Origin: Acidobacteriaceae bacterium
GTDB taxonomy: Bacteria; Acidobacteriota; Terriglobia; Terriglobales; Acidobacteriaceae
Assembly (NCBI GenBank): GCA_003131315.1
Contig: PKUV01000160.1
Span: 59,804 to 123,803, forward strand
DNA: 64,000 bases
Direction: 5' to 3'
Shown here: in pieces, positions 35,818 through 45,292 of the stretch
How the letters are laid out: the number at the start of each line of letters is the position of its first letter
How positions within the stretch are numbered: position 1 is the first letter of the stretch
Program-made: the position numbers and the translations under genes
The notes under the pieces: model-generated
The model's database searches: none
What the model was told of the DNA's origin: nothing
What the model saw: only the letters and a program-made list of their open reading frames with translations

Positions 35818-37037
35818 ACGCACCGTCCAGATCGTGGTTCGCTCTGTTATTGATCTGTTCGGCTGTGTTTTGCGCATTCGTTGCTGTGTTTGCGATCCCT
35901 CCGTTAATGGGTATGCTCACTCGTCAGTTTCAAATCAGCTACGCCAGAGCGGGACTCTTCATGACGGCGTATACCATGATCCCGACCTTTGGAAGTCTGC
36001 TGATTGGCTTTTACAGTGATCGTATTGGCGTGCGGCGCGCTGTTCTCAACGGTTTGACGCTCCTGGGTGCGGCTGGGATTCTCTCGTCTCTGACTCAGAC
36101 CTTCTGGCAAATGCTGGCTTGCCGAATCCTGATTGGAATTGGCGCAACTAGCATTTTTGTGCCGGGGCTAGCCACAGTGCTACACCTGCTTCCTCCGGCG
36201 AGGGTCAATTTGGCTACCGGCGCATTCTTTAGTTCACTGAATCTCGGTTTGTCCGTTGCCATGCTTTCGACCCCGACCATCGCCAAATCCCTGGGATGGC
36301 GGGTTCCGTTGTCTTTATTCGGAGCATTGGCAATGATTTTGGCGGCAATCATATTATGTTTCACAAACGCGGACTTTTTCCGGCGATCCTGGAATGCAAC
36401 CAGTGAAAGCACGAAGGCATCCACCCGGGAGAGTTCAGGATGGCCGCTCGTACTGGTGAGTGCAGGCAATTTCCTTCTGTTCTTTCAGTCCTTTGCCATG
36501 ATCACGTGGCTTCCGGAATATCTTTCGCAACAGCGCCAATTCCCACCGGGCCAAGTAGGAGCTATCTCAATGTTGCTTGGGCTCGTAGTCATTCCTGGAT
36601 CGGTGCTAGCCGGCTGGCTGGCAGATCGTGTCGGAGCATGGCTAGTCGCAGTCGCGGGTGCCGTCTTGTGTGCGATCTGTCCAGCCGTGCTGGTCCTGGC
36701 TACAGAACTCAGGTCGTCCCGAGTTTCAATCGCGATCTGTCTACTTTCGCTCGGGACCAGTTTACTAGCCGTCCCGCTAACCAGCGTGCTAGCCAAGCTA
36801 GTTGCTCAAGAACACGGCGGAAAAGCCGTTGGACTCATTCTTACCACCGGCTACGGGGGAGCAATTGTTTCCACCTATTTGGGTGGATACCTGTTAACCG
36901 CCAGCGGCAGCTCTCGGTGGACCTTTTTCATGTGCTCTCTTTCCATGTTATTGACTGTCGTAGTCCTGGCTTTTCTACGCGAGACCTATCGCCTTCTGGA
37001 AACGCGGCCGGATCTATCGGCAGAGGCATTAAGATAA
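35814..37037 (+). CDS. MFS transporter (module B)
   Basis: It has an ATGA overlap with the previous gene and is a paralog of 29744-30985 (GFYSDRIG loop). Confidence 0.85.
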   Translation: MNAPSRSWFALLLICSAVFCAFVAVFAIPPLMGMLTRQFQISYARAGLFMTAYTMIPTFGSLLIGFYSDRIGVRRAVLNGLTLLGAAGILSSLTQTFWQMLACRILIGIGATSIFVPGLATVLHLLPPARVNLATGAFFSSLNLGLSVAMLSTPTIAKSLGWRVPLSLFGALAMILAAIILCFTNADFFRRSWNATSESTKASTRESSGWPLVLVSAGNFLLFFQSFAMITWLPEYLSQQRQFPPGQVGAISMLLGLVVIPGSVLAGWLADRVGAWLVAVAGAVLCAICPAVLVLATELRSSRVSIAICLLSLGTSLLAVPLTSVLAKLVAQEHGGKAVGLILTTGYGGAIVSTYLGGYLLTASGSSRWTFFMCSLSMLLTVVVLAFLRETYRLLETRPDLSAEALR

Positions 37038-37038
37038 C

Positions 37039-37056
37039 TGTTTATTTATGTAAACA
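37039..37056. promoter_or_regulatory. 18-bp palindrome TGTTTA-N6-TAAACA upstream of hyuA
   Basis: Read directly. It is followed by CAATTG and a TATTAT -10-like box (37064-37069). The same architecture occurs at 45335-45352. Confidence 0.45.
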
Positions 37057-37115
37057 ATTGATGTATTATGTGCAACGTAAACTGGTGGCGGTCATGAACC
37101 AGGAGACAATTACAA

Positions 37116-39245
37116 GTGGCATACAGACTAGCGATTGACGTAGGGGGAACGTTTACCGATCTTTTGCTGTTCAATGAAAGCTCGGGTGAGTTGGTACTGG
37201 CAAAAACCCCTTCCACAAGCGACGATCCCTCCATTGGAGTGCTTACCGGGATTCACAAGGTAGCATCACTGGCGGGCATCGATCCTAACCGAGTCTCGTT
37301 GATTCTGCATGGCACAACGGTTGCCACCAACGCGGTGCTGGAAGGTAAAGGTGCCCGCGTCGGCCTGATTACCACCCGTGGCTTCGAGCAGGTCCTTCAC
37401 GTTGCGCGCGGGCAAACTCCGGGTCCCTTGGCTGGCTGGATCATCATGATCAAACCTGAGCCTATGGCCCCTCTGGAGTTGACTCTTGGCATCAGTGCGC
37501 GAATGAGCGCTACGGGTAAAGTGCTGGTGCCGTTGGATGAAAACGAAGCGCGGGGCGTGGTACGAGAGTTGTGCGCCCGTGGAATTCAAGCGCTCACGAT
37601 TTCCTTGCTCAACTCGTACGCCAATTCCGAACACGAGAGGAAACTGAAGCAGATCGCCGAAGAGATTACCGGCGACGTGGCGGTTACAGCTTCGTATGAA
37701 ATTCTGCCCGAATTTCGTGAGTATGAGAGGACCCTGACGACGGTGATGAATTCCTACGTCCGTCCTCGCATGCACTTATATCTTGACGGCATGCAGCGGA
37801 GGCTGAAGCAGGACAACCTTACCGCTCGTATGGAAATCGTGCGTTCCGATGGCGGCGTTATGAGCCTGAAAGCTGCATCGGAGTACCCTGTAACGACATT
37901 GCTGTCAGGGCCCTCCGGCGGGGCGGTGGCGTCTGCCTATATTGGTGAGCTGTCAGGATTCGCAAATGTTCTGTCGTTCGACATGGGCGGTACCTCGACT
38001 GATGTGGCATTGTCGCGAGATGGAATGCCGTCTGTCATTCGCGAAACGCGGGTTGGTCAGTATCCCGTGAAAGTGGCCAGCGTCGATGTTCATTCGGTTG
38101 GTGCCGGAGGGGGTTCAATCGCGCATGTGCCGATCACAGGCGCTTTGCGCGTAGGTCCGATGTCGGCTGGGGCGGAGCCCGGCCCGGCCTGTTATGGACG
38201 GGGGGGTAGCGAACCCACCGTGACCGATGCCAACGTTGTGTTGGGTTACTTACCGCCGGAGCTGCTCGCCGGCGAAATGAAATTGAATGAGGCACAGGCG
38301 GCCACAGCGGTTCAGAAGATTGCGGACGCCATGGGCCTGTCGCTTCTCGATGCTGCACAAGGAATCTACGACATTGTCAACGAGAACATGTTTGGGGCCC
38401 TGCGGCTAGTTTCGGTGCAGCGCGGCTATGATCCGAGGGATTTTGCGCTTCTCGCTTTGGGAGGCGCTGGCCCCCTTCATGCGAACGCACTCTCGTGTCT
38501 GATCAACTCGTGGCCGGCAATCATCCCTACCGTGCCCGGAGTGTTGTCGGCGCTTGGATTCCTGCATGCTGATATCAGAACTGAGTTTTCGCGCACTCTC
38601 ATACGCCCCGTGGCGCGAATTGACTTGGCTACAATCCGGAAGAGTATGGATGAGCTTGGATCCCAGGCTCGCGCATGGCTGAAGAGCGAAAACATTGCTG
38701 CTGCCCGTCAACGAGTCCAATTTCAATTCGATATGCGCTATTACCGCCAAGGCTATGAGTTTGCCATTGATGTGCAACCTGAATGGTTCAAAAACCAATC
38801 GGGGATGGAGCGAGTAGTAGAAAGGTTCAAGAATGTTCATCATCGCAACTACGCTTTCAACATCGACTACGAAGTCGAGATCGTAAACCTGCGAGCGATT
38901 GCGATCGGAGAAGTGCCGAAGGTTGAATTGAAGCGCCACGCAGTAACAAAGAGTGGCTCGGAGTCCGCACAGACCGGCAAGCGGAAGCTATATCACCATG
39001 GTCAATTCACCATTGCGACCGTATACGAGCGTTCGAGATTGAAAGCAGGTCATCGCATTCCGGGCCCTGCCGTCATCACACAAGCCGATTCCACTACTCT
39101 GATTGTGCCTGGGCACTACGGCGAAGTTGATCCCTATCTCAACATCTTGATTTGGCCGAATGATCGGCGTGGAACTACAGAGAAAAAAGTTTCGGCGGTC
39201 GGGACGAAGTCCGGCCATAGGAAGGGTAGCAAGCGTAGTCGATGA
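37116..39245 (+). CDS. hyuA: hydantoinase A / oxoprolinase-family ATP-dependent (lact)amidase, A subunit
   Basis: MAYRLAIDVGGTFTDLLLF... 709 aa. AGGAGA lies 9 nt upstream of the GTG. Confidence 0.85.
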   Translation: MAYRLAIDVGGTFTDLLLFNESSGELVLAKTPSTSDDPSIGVLTGIHKVASLAGIDPNRVSLILHGTTVATNAVLEGKGARVGLITTRGFEQVLHVARGQTPGPLAGWIIMIKPEPMAPLELTLGISARMSATGKVLVPLDENEARGVVRELCARGIQALTISLLNSYANSEHERKLKQIAEEITGDVAVTASYEILPEFREYERTLTTVMNSYVRPRMHLYLDGMQRRLKQDNLTARMEIVRSDGGVMSLKAASEYPVTTLLSGPSGGAVASAYIGELSGFANVLSFDMGGTSTDVALSRDGMPSVIRETRVGQYPVKVASVDVHSVGAGGGSIAHVPITGALRVGPMSAGAEPGPACYGRGGSEPTVTDANVVLGYLPPELLAGEMKLNEAQAATAVQKIADAMGLSLLDAAQGIYDIVNENMFGALRLVSVQRGYDPRDFALLALGGAGPLHANALSCLINSWPAIIPTVPGVLSALGFLHADIRTEFSRTLIRPVARIDLATIRKSMDELGSQARAWLKSENIAAARQRVQFQFDMRYYRQGYEFAIDVQPEWFKNQSGMERVVERFKNVHHRNYAFNIDYEVEIVNLRAIAIGEVPKVELKRHAVTKSGSESAQTGKRKLYHHGQFTIATVYERSRLKAGHRIPGPAVITQADSTTLIVPGHYGEVDPYLNILIWPNDRRGTTEKKVSAVGTKSGHRKGSKRSR

Positions 39246-39289
39246 CCGGAGACAGTTGTTGTACGCACAGCATTTAGGTCCGAAGAGTT

Positions 39290-41149
39290 ATGGCTAACAA
39301 TACAGTCGCGCGACAAAAAGAGAACCGATCCGCCGCCAAAAGCAGTGCGGCGCCACGCACGAGGCCTGCCACAGCAACCAATAAGGTAACGCTGGACATT
39401 ATTGAGAACGCGCTCCGCAATGCGAGACATGAAATGGATACCGTGCTATTCCGTTCCGCGATGTCTCCTGTGATCCGCGAGCAACATGACGGCTTCCCCA
39501 TGATATGCATGCCAGACGGGCGCATGGTAGTGGGACAGTTTGGCTCGTACGTGAGCGGCTTTATCTCTACCTGGAAGCGTGGGATTGACGAAGGCGACGT
39601 GTTCTTGATGAGCGATCCTTATAAGTGCAGGGGTGCTATTTCTCATATCAACGATTGGATGGTGCTCATTCCCATCTTTCATGAAGGCGAGCTTGCGGGT
39701 TGGGCCTCACAGTTCGGGCACACGATTGATGTCGGCGGTCCGGTCTCCGGGAGCCTTCCGACGGATGCGACGACGATATTCGGCGAAGGCACGCGCATCC
39801 CTCCTGTCAAACTGTTTGCCAAGGGAAAGCTGAATGATGACTTGCTAGACCTGATCCTTAATAACTCGCGCATGCCCACGATGAACTACTTTGATCTTAT
39901 GGCCATTGTGGCAGCCTGCCGGACCGCGGAAAAAAGGGTAAGCGAACTTTGCGAGCGCTTCGGACGTGAAGTGTACCTGAGTTCTTGCCGAGCGTTGCTC
40001 GACCGAACTTACCGGGCCATGGCTAAGCTGATCCAGCAAAATCTTCCCGAACACAAAGTCAGCTTTGAGGATTACGTCGACGACGACGGCCGAGGTAATG
40101 GTCCTTACAAGATGAAGCTGACGATTTGGCGCGAGGGCGAACACGGGTATTTCGATTGGACAGGAACTGACCCGCAGGCGCCTGGCCCCATCAATTTCTT
40201 TCTTAATGAAGAAATGTTCAAGATGTTTATCGGGGTGTATTTGATCATGGTGTTCGACCCCCAAATTCTGTTTAACGATGGGTTCTATCCTTTGTTGCAC
40301 GTATCACAGCCGGAAGGTTCCCTCATTTTGCCGAAGTTTCCCGCGGCACTTGGTTGCCGGACGCACGCGTTGACTCGACTGTTTGACGTGCTGGGAGGGG
40401 CGCTTGGCAATCAGGCTCCAGATCTGACAACGGCTGCTGGCTATGGCACATCTCCCTATCTTCTTTACAACGGCTATGACCAGAACGGCGAATTCTTTCA
40501 TTTAATGGAGATCAGTTTTGGCGGTATCCCGGGACGACCAATCGGCGATGGCATGGACGCTCATTCCTGGTGGCCGCTCTTTGAAAATATCCCCAGTGAA
40601 TATCTAGAGACCTATTACCCGCTGACGGTTCTGGAATACGGATCGCGCAAAGACGCTGGCGGAGCAGGTTTTCATCGGGGTGGAAACGGTGTGCACAAGG
40701 TTTATCGCTTTGAGGCGGACGGTGAAATCGCAATTCATGACGACCGCGAACGGTCGCAACCCTGGGGCATTCTGGGTGGATTGCCGGGGAGCACCAGCAG
40801 CAAGACGCTGGTGCGAACGACGGGAGAATCCGTTTCGCTGCCATCCAAGATTTCAGGCGTAAAAGTGCAGCGCGGAGACGTGCTCATCTACGACACAGCG
40901 GGGGGTGGCGGCTGGAAGAATCCGCTCGATCGGCCGGTCGAATCGGTACAAGCGGATGTACGACGCAAATTGGTTTCCGTTGAGAAGGCACGGTCTGACT
41001 ACGGTGTCGTTCTATCTCCGGAGACTCTGGAGGTTGATACGGCGGCGACCAATCAGTTGCGGAAGCGTATTCGGCAAGATCGTGGGGAAATAGGCAAGTT
41101 CACCTTTGGACCGATTCCGCAAGCGATTGGCGTGCAGCGGCGGGACTAG
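39290..41149 (+). CDS. hyuB: hydantoinase B / oxoprolinase-family, B subunit
   Basis: VTLDIIENALRNARHEMD... 619 aa, immediately downstream of hyuA. Confidence 0.85.
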   Translation: MANNTVARQKENRSAAKSSAAPRTRPATATNKVTLDIIENALRNARHEMDTVLFRSAMSPVIREQHDGFPMICMPDGRMVVGQFGSYVSGFISTWKRGIDEGDVFLMSDPYKCRGAISHINDWMVLIPIFHEGELAGWASQFGHTIDVGGPVSGSLPTDATTIFGEGTRIPPVKLFAKGKLNDDLLDLILNNSRMPTMNYFDLMAIVAACRTAEKRVSELCERFGREVYLSSCRALLDRTYRAMAKLIQQNLPEHKVSFEDYVDDDGRGNGPYKMKLTIWREGEHGYFDWTGTDPQAPGPINFFLNEEMFKMFIGVYLIMVFDPQILFNDGFYPLLHVSQPEGSLILPKFPAALGCRTHALTRLFDVLGGALGNQAPDLTTAAGYGTSPYLLYNGYDQNGEFFHLMEISFGGIPGRPIGDGMDAHSWWPLFENIPSEYLETYYPLTVLEYGSRKDAGGAGFHRGGNGVHKVYRFEADGEIAIHDDRERSQPWGILGGLPGSTSSKTLVRTTGESVSLPSKISGVKVQRGDVLIYDTAGGGGWKNPLDRPVESVQADVRRKLVSVEKARSDYGVVLSPETLEVDTAATNQLRKRIRQDRGEIGKFTFGPIPQAIGVQRRD

Positions 41150-41192
41150 GTCAACTCGCGAGTTGAGTAGCACTACTTCGGGCGGCGGGTTC

Positions 41193-41202
41193 AACAATTG
41201 TT
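41193..41202. promoter_or_regulatory. perfect 10-bp palindrome AACAATTGTT upstream of the CoA-transferase gene
   Basis: Read directly, 29 nt upstream of the 41231 ATG. It shares the ACAATTGT core with 45330-45337. Confidence 0.3.
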
Positions 41203-41230
41203 TACAACCCGCTGCGTAAGGGCAATCTGA

Positions 41231-42484
41231 ATGACAAAAACCGTGGACACGAATAGTCCTCGAAAACCACTTGAAGGTTTGCGTGTCCTCGAAATGGGAC
41301 AACTGCTTGCAGGCCCTTTTGCTTCGGTCTTGCTGGCGTGGTTTGGGGCAGAAGTAATCAAGATTGAACCGCCGGTTGAAGGTGATCCTTTGCGCACATG
41401 GCGCAGCCTGTACAAGGGCACCTCATTGTGGTGGTACATACTCGGACGAAACAAAAAGTCGGTGACAGTGAATCTCCGAACGCCCGAGGGGCAGTCGATC
41501 GTGCGCCGCCTGGTCGATAAGGTCGATGTGGTGCTCGAGAACTTCAAGCCCGGTACGATGGAGAAATGGGGCTTGGGATATGAGGAACTGAAGAAGATCA
41601 ACCCTCGGATCATCATGGCGCGGGTCTCCGGTTGGGGGCAAGATGGTCCATACAGCGCCAAACCTGGCTTTGCCTCAGTAGCGGAAGCAGTAGGTGGTTT
41701 GCGCTTTGTCACCGGATATCCGGATGGTCCACCCGTCCGTCCCAATCTTAGTCTCGGGGATACTCTCGCGGGCTTGCACGCTGCGCTCGGCATTCTCGTG
41801 GCGGTCTACCATAGAGACGTGGTAGGGAGCGGGGTGGGACAAGTGGTAGACGTTGCACTCTACGAATCTGTCTTCAATGTAATGGAGGGAATTGTCCCCG
41901 ACTTCGACAAATTAGGCATCGTCCGCCAGCGCGAGGGCAACCGACTGTCGGGGATAGTGCCCACTGGTACTTGGCGGTGCAGTGACGATAAGTACGTAGT
42001 TATCGGCGGCAATGGCGACAGCATCTTCAGGCGTCTCATGTTGGCGATCGGACGACCTGACCTGGCTGACGATCCTACGTTGGAACGCAACAGTGGACGG
42101 GTTCAACATGCTGAATTGATTGATGACGCGATCTCGGCCTGGACGCGTCAACACTCTCTGCAAGAGGTCATTAATACTCTAGAAAAGGCCGAAGTTCCAG
42201 TCGGGCCAATCTACTCGGTCTCGGAAATGATCGAGGATCCGCACTTCATCGCGCGCGGACTCTTTGAGACCCACACACTGCCCGACGGTACTACGGTGAA
42301 ACTTCCAGCCCTTGCTCCGAAACTTACTGAAACGCCCGGGAAAACACAGTGGATCGGGCCAGAACTCGGGGCGCACAACGCCGAAATCCTGGGCACGTTG
42401 TTGGGCATTTCAGGAGAAGAATTGCGCCGGTTGGTGCAGCAAGGCGTGGTCGGGTCGACGAGAAGTACGGCCGACGTCTCGTGA
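41231..42484 (+). CDS. family III CoA-transferase (CaiB/BaiF/Frc type)
   Basis: LEGLRVLEMGQLLAGPFASVLLAWFGAEVIKIEPP... 417 aa. Confidence 0.85.
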   Translation: MTKTVDTNSPRKPLEGLRVLEMGQLLAGPFASVLLAWFGAEVIKIEPPVEGDPLRTWRSLYKGTSLWWYILGRNKKSVTVNLRTPEGQSIVRRLVDKVDVVLENFKPGTMEKWGLGYEELKKINPRIIMARVSGWGQDGPYSAKPGFASVAEAVGGLRFVTGYPDGPPVRPNLSLGDTLAGLHAALGILVAVYHRDVVGSGVGQVVDVALYESVFNVMEGIVPDFDKLGIVRQREGNRLSGIVPTGTWRCSDDKYVVIGGNGDSIFRRLMLAIGRPDLADDPTLERNSGRVQHAELIDDAISAWTRQHSLQEVINTLEKAEVPVGPIYSVSEMIEDPHFIARGLFETHTLPDGTTVKLPALAPKLTETPGKTQWIGPELGAHNAEILGTLLGISGEELRRLVQQGVVGSTRSTADVS

Positions 42485-42489
42485 CACAG

Positions 42490-43446
42490 CTAAATAATAA
42501 CTCCCGCATGGATGCGTGCGCTCTCTAGCGATGAAAGATCGACTTCCATGTACGGGCGAGTCACTTTGGGAATTTTCTTCAAGCCTTCCGGAATGCTGTC
42601 CCAGATCCGGTTGCTGAAGATGATTTTGTCGTACTTGGTCGATTTTACGAACTTGCGAAGATCTTTAATCTTGGTAAACGGTAACGCGCTGATGTTGGTC
42701 CCGGGTTTGATTACGAGTTTGCGGTACAAATCGATCAAAAGGCTTAAAGAAGGATAGTCCTCGTCATCGAGGACAAGGACCAGTTTAGCGGTAGAGGGTA
42801 AGCGGCCGAGCTCTTTTACAGTTTGCTCGGCAAAGGTGAGGCCAAGCGGGATTACTTCGGCATGACGTCCGACGATGCGGCGCACCTGGTCAAAGCGAAT
42901 GTAGTTGGTGAGAACTTTACGAATTGTTCGCAGTTCCTGTTTGGGCAGAGCCGCCAACTCGTCTAGAGAATATCCAGGAACATTGACTTGCCAGATCACC
43001 GAAATATTATTGGCACGCTCGATTGCTTGAGACTTGGTTGCGTCCACAAATATGATGAAGGGAGATTGAGTCTCGTGTTCTCTCGCCCGCTGGTACAAAT
43101 AGCGTGCGAAGGCCGAGGGAGAAACGCTAACTTGTCGCAAACGGGTCAGAATGTACCGGGAAAGCGCTTCGCATTTCTCATGTATGCTATCGCGACCTCC
43201 GTAGCACAGTTGTTTCTGTACCAGAACACCTTTGCCGTGACGAAGATTCAAAATGCCCAAAGTTTGCAGTTCAAGGTATGCCTTGCGAACGATATTGCGG
43301 CTGACTCCGACTTCTTGTTCCACTTCGCGGATCGATGGGAGCGTATCACCGGGCCGCAATCGTCCGAGCAGGAGCGCGAGTTTGATTTTCTCTTGTATCT
43401 GCGCATGAGGAGGAAGCGGACTGTGCTTATCCACCGTGAAATCCAT
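42490..43446 (-). CDS. GntR-family transcriptional regulator with a ~250-aa C-terminal effector domain
   Basis: It has an N-terminal wHTH (GDTLPSIREVEQEVGVSRNIVRKAYLELQTLGIL) and is divergent from the lyase gene. Confidence 0.8.
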   Translation of the reverse strand: MDFTVDKHSPLPPHAQIQEKIKLALLLGRLRPGDTLPSIREVEQEVGVSRNIVRKAYLELQTLGILNLRHGKGVLVQKQLCYGGRDSIHEKCEALSRYILTRLRQVSVSPSAFARYLYQRAREHETQSPFIIFVDATKSQAIERANNISVIWQVNVPGYSLDELAALPKQELRTIRKVLTNYIRFDQVRRIVGRHAEVIPLGLTFAEQTVKELGRLPSTAKLVLVLDDEDYPSLSLLIDLYRKLVIKPGTNISALPFTKIKDLRKFVKSTKYDKIIFSNRIWDSIPEGLKKIPKVTRPYMEVDLSSLESARIHAGVII

Positions 43447-43610
43447 TCTCACACCATCCCATTCTGCAATCGGTTGCTTTAAAGTGCCCAACGCGGCTAA
43501 TCATATACGAATAGCCGCCTGTTTCGCTACGCAGTCAAAAGTTGTTTCAGAATCGGAGGCTCGGACGTCGGGACCGAGCTTGAGAATCAGTTGAGGTGGA
43601 AAGAGCAACA

Positions 43611-44549
43611 ATGTCGCTTACCCAAATCCATGTGGTAGAGGTCGGACCACGCGACGGATTTCAGATGGAAGCAACCTTTATACCGACTGACCTCAAGGTT
43701 GAAGTCATAGATTTACTGGGAAGAGCCGGTATAGAGAAAATTGAGGCCACGTCATTTGTGAGTCCGAAATTGATTCCTCAAATGCGGGATGCCGACGAAG
43801 TAATGTCCCGCATTCGACGCTTTCCCGGGATTCGACATACAGCGCTGGTGCCAAATGTCAAAGGCGCACAGCGTGCAATTGAAGCAGGCGCAGAGGCCGT
43901 GCGGGTGGTGATCTGCCTCAGCGAGAGCTACAACCGCCGCAATGTGGGCCTGGGGATATCTGAATCTCTGGAGAACTGTCGGCGCATCTGCGAAATGACC
44001 AAAAACCACGACATTGGCTGCGAAGCGATTCTTGCACTGGCCTTCGGCTGCCCACTGGAGGGCGTTATTTCCGAAGAAAGAGTCGTTGGGATCGCAAATC
44101 AACTGATAGGCATGGGCTTTGGCGAACTCTCAATCGCCGACTCAATTGGAGTCGCAAACCCTGCACACGTGAGGCGCCTGATAAGAAAGCTAGCGAAGGA
44201 AGCTGCTCTGGCCCATTACTCTTTGCATTTCCACAACACCCGTGGGTTGGGGCTGGCAAATGTCCTCGCGGGAATTGAGGAAGGCGTGGATACCTTTGAT
44301 TCTTCATGCGGGGGACTCGGAGGCTGTCCTGTGGTCCCGGGTGGTAGCGGCAACATACCCACGGAAGATCTGGTTAACATGCTGGAAGAAATGGGGATCA
44401 GCACAGGGGTTGAGCTGGCGCTGGTCATGACGGCGGCAAATAAGCTTCAGCAATTTCTTCGCCGTCCTTTAGCCAGCTATGTACTGGCGTCGGGAACGCG
44501 CAAGCAACTATTCGAAGGCGCTGCGGCGGGACCTCCGGCGCCGGCTTGA
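43611..44549 (+). CDS. HMG-CoA-lyase-like (HMGL/DRE-TIM) acyl-CoA lyase
   Basis: EVGPRDGFQME, SFVSPKLIPQM, HFHNTRGLGLAN and GLGGCPVVPGGSGNIPTEDL. Confidence 0.85.
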   Translation: MSLTQIHVVEVGPRDGFQMEATFIPTDLKVEVIDLLGRAGIEKIEATSFVSPKLIPQMRDADEVMSRIRRFPGIRHTALVPNVKGAQRAIEAGAEAVRVVICLSESYNRRNVGLGISESLENCRRICEMTKNHDIGCEAILALAFGCPLEGVISEERVVGIANQLIGMGFGELSIADSIGVANPAHVRRLIRKLAKEAALAHYSLHFHNTRGLGLANVLAGIEEGVDTFDSSCGGLGGCPVVPGGSGNIPTEDLVNMLEEMGISTGVELALVMTAANKLQQFLRRPLASYVLASGTRKQLFEGAAAGPPAPA

Positions 44550-44608
44550 CGAATGAACGACTAGAACTCTCATGTCGAAATGTTAGATTACATGAAGGCA
44601 CGAAATAA

Positions 44609-45280
44609 ATGACGAATCGTAAGACTACGAAAAAACTCTACGTGGCGCGTGGGTTTGCCGGCCGGGTCGGATTCGGACGGCGGCCAGCGATTCTAATCAT
44701 CGATCTTATCAAGGCATTCACCGAGGCAGGCTCGCCGCTGGCTGCAGATCTCGGTTCACAGATAACGGCCGCGGCAGAACTACTCCGGGTTGCCCGTAAA
44801 GCAGGTGTCCCCATTGTCTTCACTACCGTGGAGTATGACCCAAGCCTCAAGGATGCCGGCCTTTTCGTGCGAAAAGTGAGTGGCCTGAAATGGCTCGTCA
44901 CGGGATCTCCATGGGTGGAGCTGCACCCGGCCTTGAAGAGAAAGAAGGGGGAACTGGTCATCAAGAAAAAATATGCTTCTGCCTTTTTCGGGACCGAATT
45001 GGCTTCATTTCTGGCCACCCAAAGAGTGGACACAGTGATTGTGGGTGGATGCACGACCAGTGGGTGCGTGCGGGCAACCGTTGTCGACGCTCTTCAGTAC
45101 GGGCTGCACGCCATCGTCCCGCGCGAAGCCGTGGGAGACCGAGCACAACAGCCACATGAGGCCAGCTTGTTCGATATCGACATGAAGTACGGCGACGTTG
45201 TCGGCCTGCAGAAAGCGTTGGATTACTTGCGCCGCCAAGTCCGTCAGCGGCGTCTCTCGCCGGATCGCCGGCACAAATAG
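44609..45280 (+). CDS. isochorismatase-family cysteine hydrolase (N-carbamoylsarcosine amidase / maleamate amidase / biuret hydrolase-like)
   Basis: AILIIDLIKAF..., KKKYASAFFGT and VIVGGCTTSGCVRATVVDA (catalytic Cys context). Confidence 0.8.
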   Translation: MTNRKTTKKLYVARGFAGRVGFGRRPAILIIDLIKAFTEAGSPLAADLGSQITAAAELLRVARKAGVPIVFTTVEYDPSLKDAGLFVRKVSGLKWLVTGSPWVELHPALKRKKGELVIKKKYASAFFGTELASFLATQRVDTVIVGGCTTSGCVRATVVDALQYGLHAIVPREAVGDRAQQPHEASLFDIDMKYGDVVGLQKALDYLRRQVRQRRLSPDRRHK

Positions 45281-45292
45281 CGCGTTTTGGTC

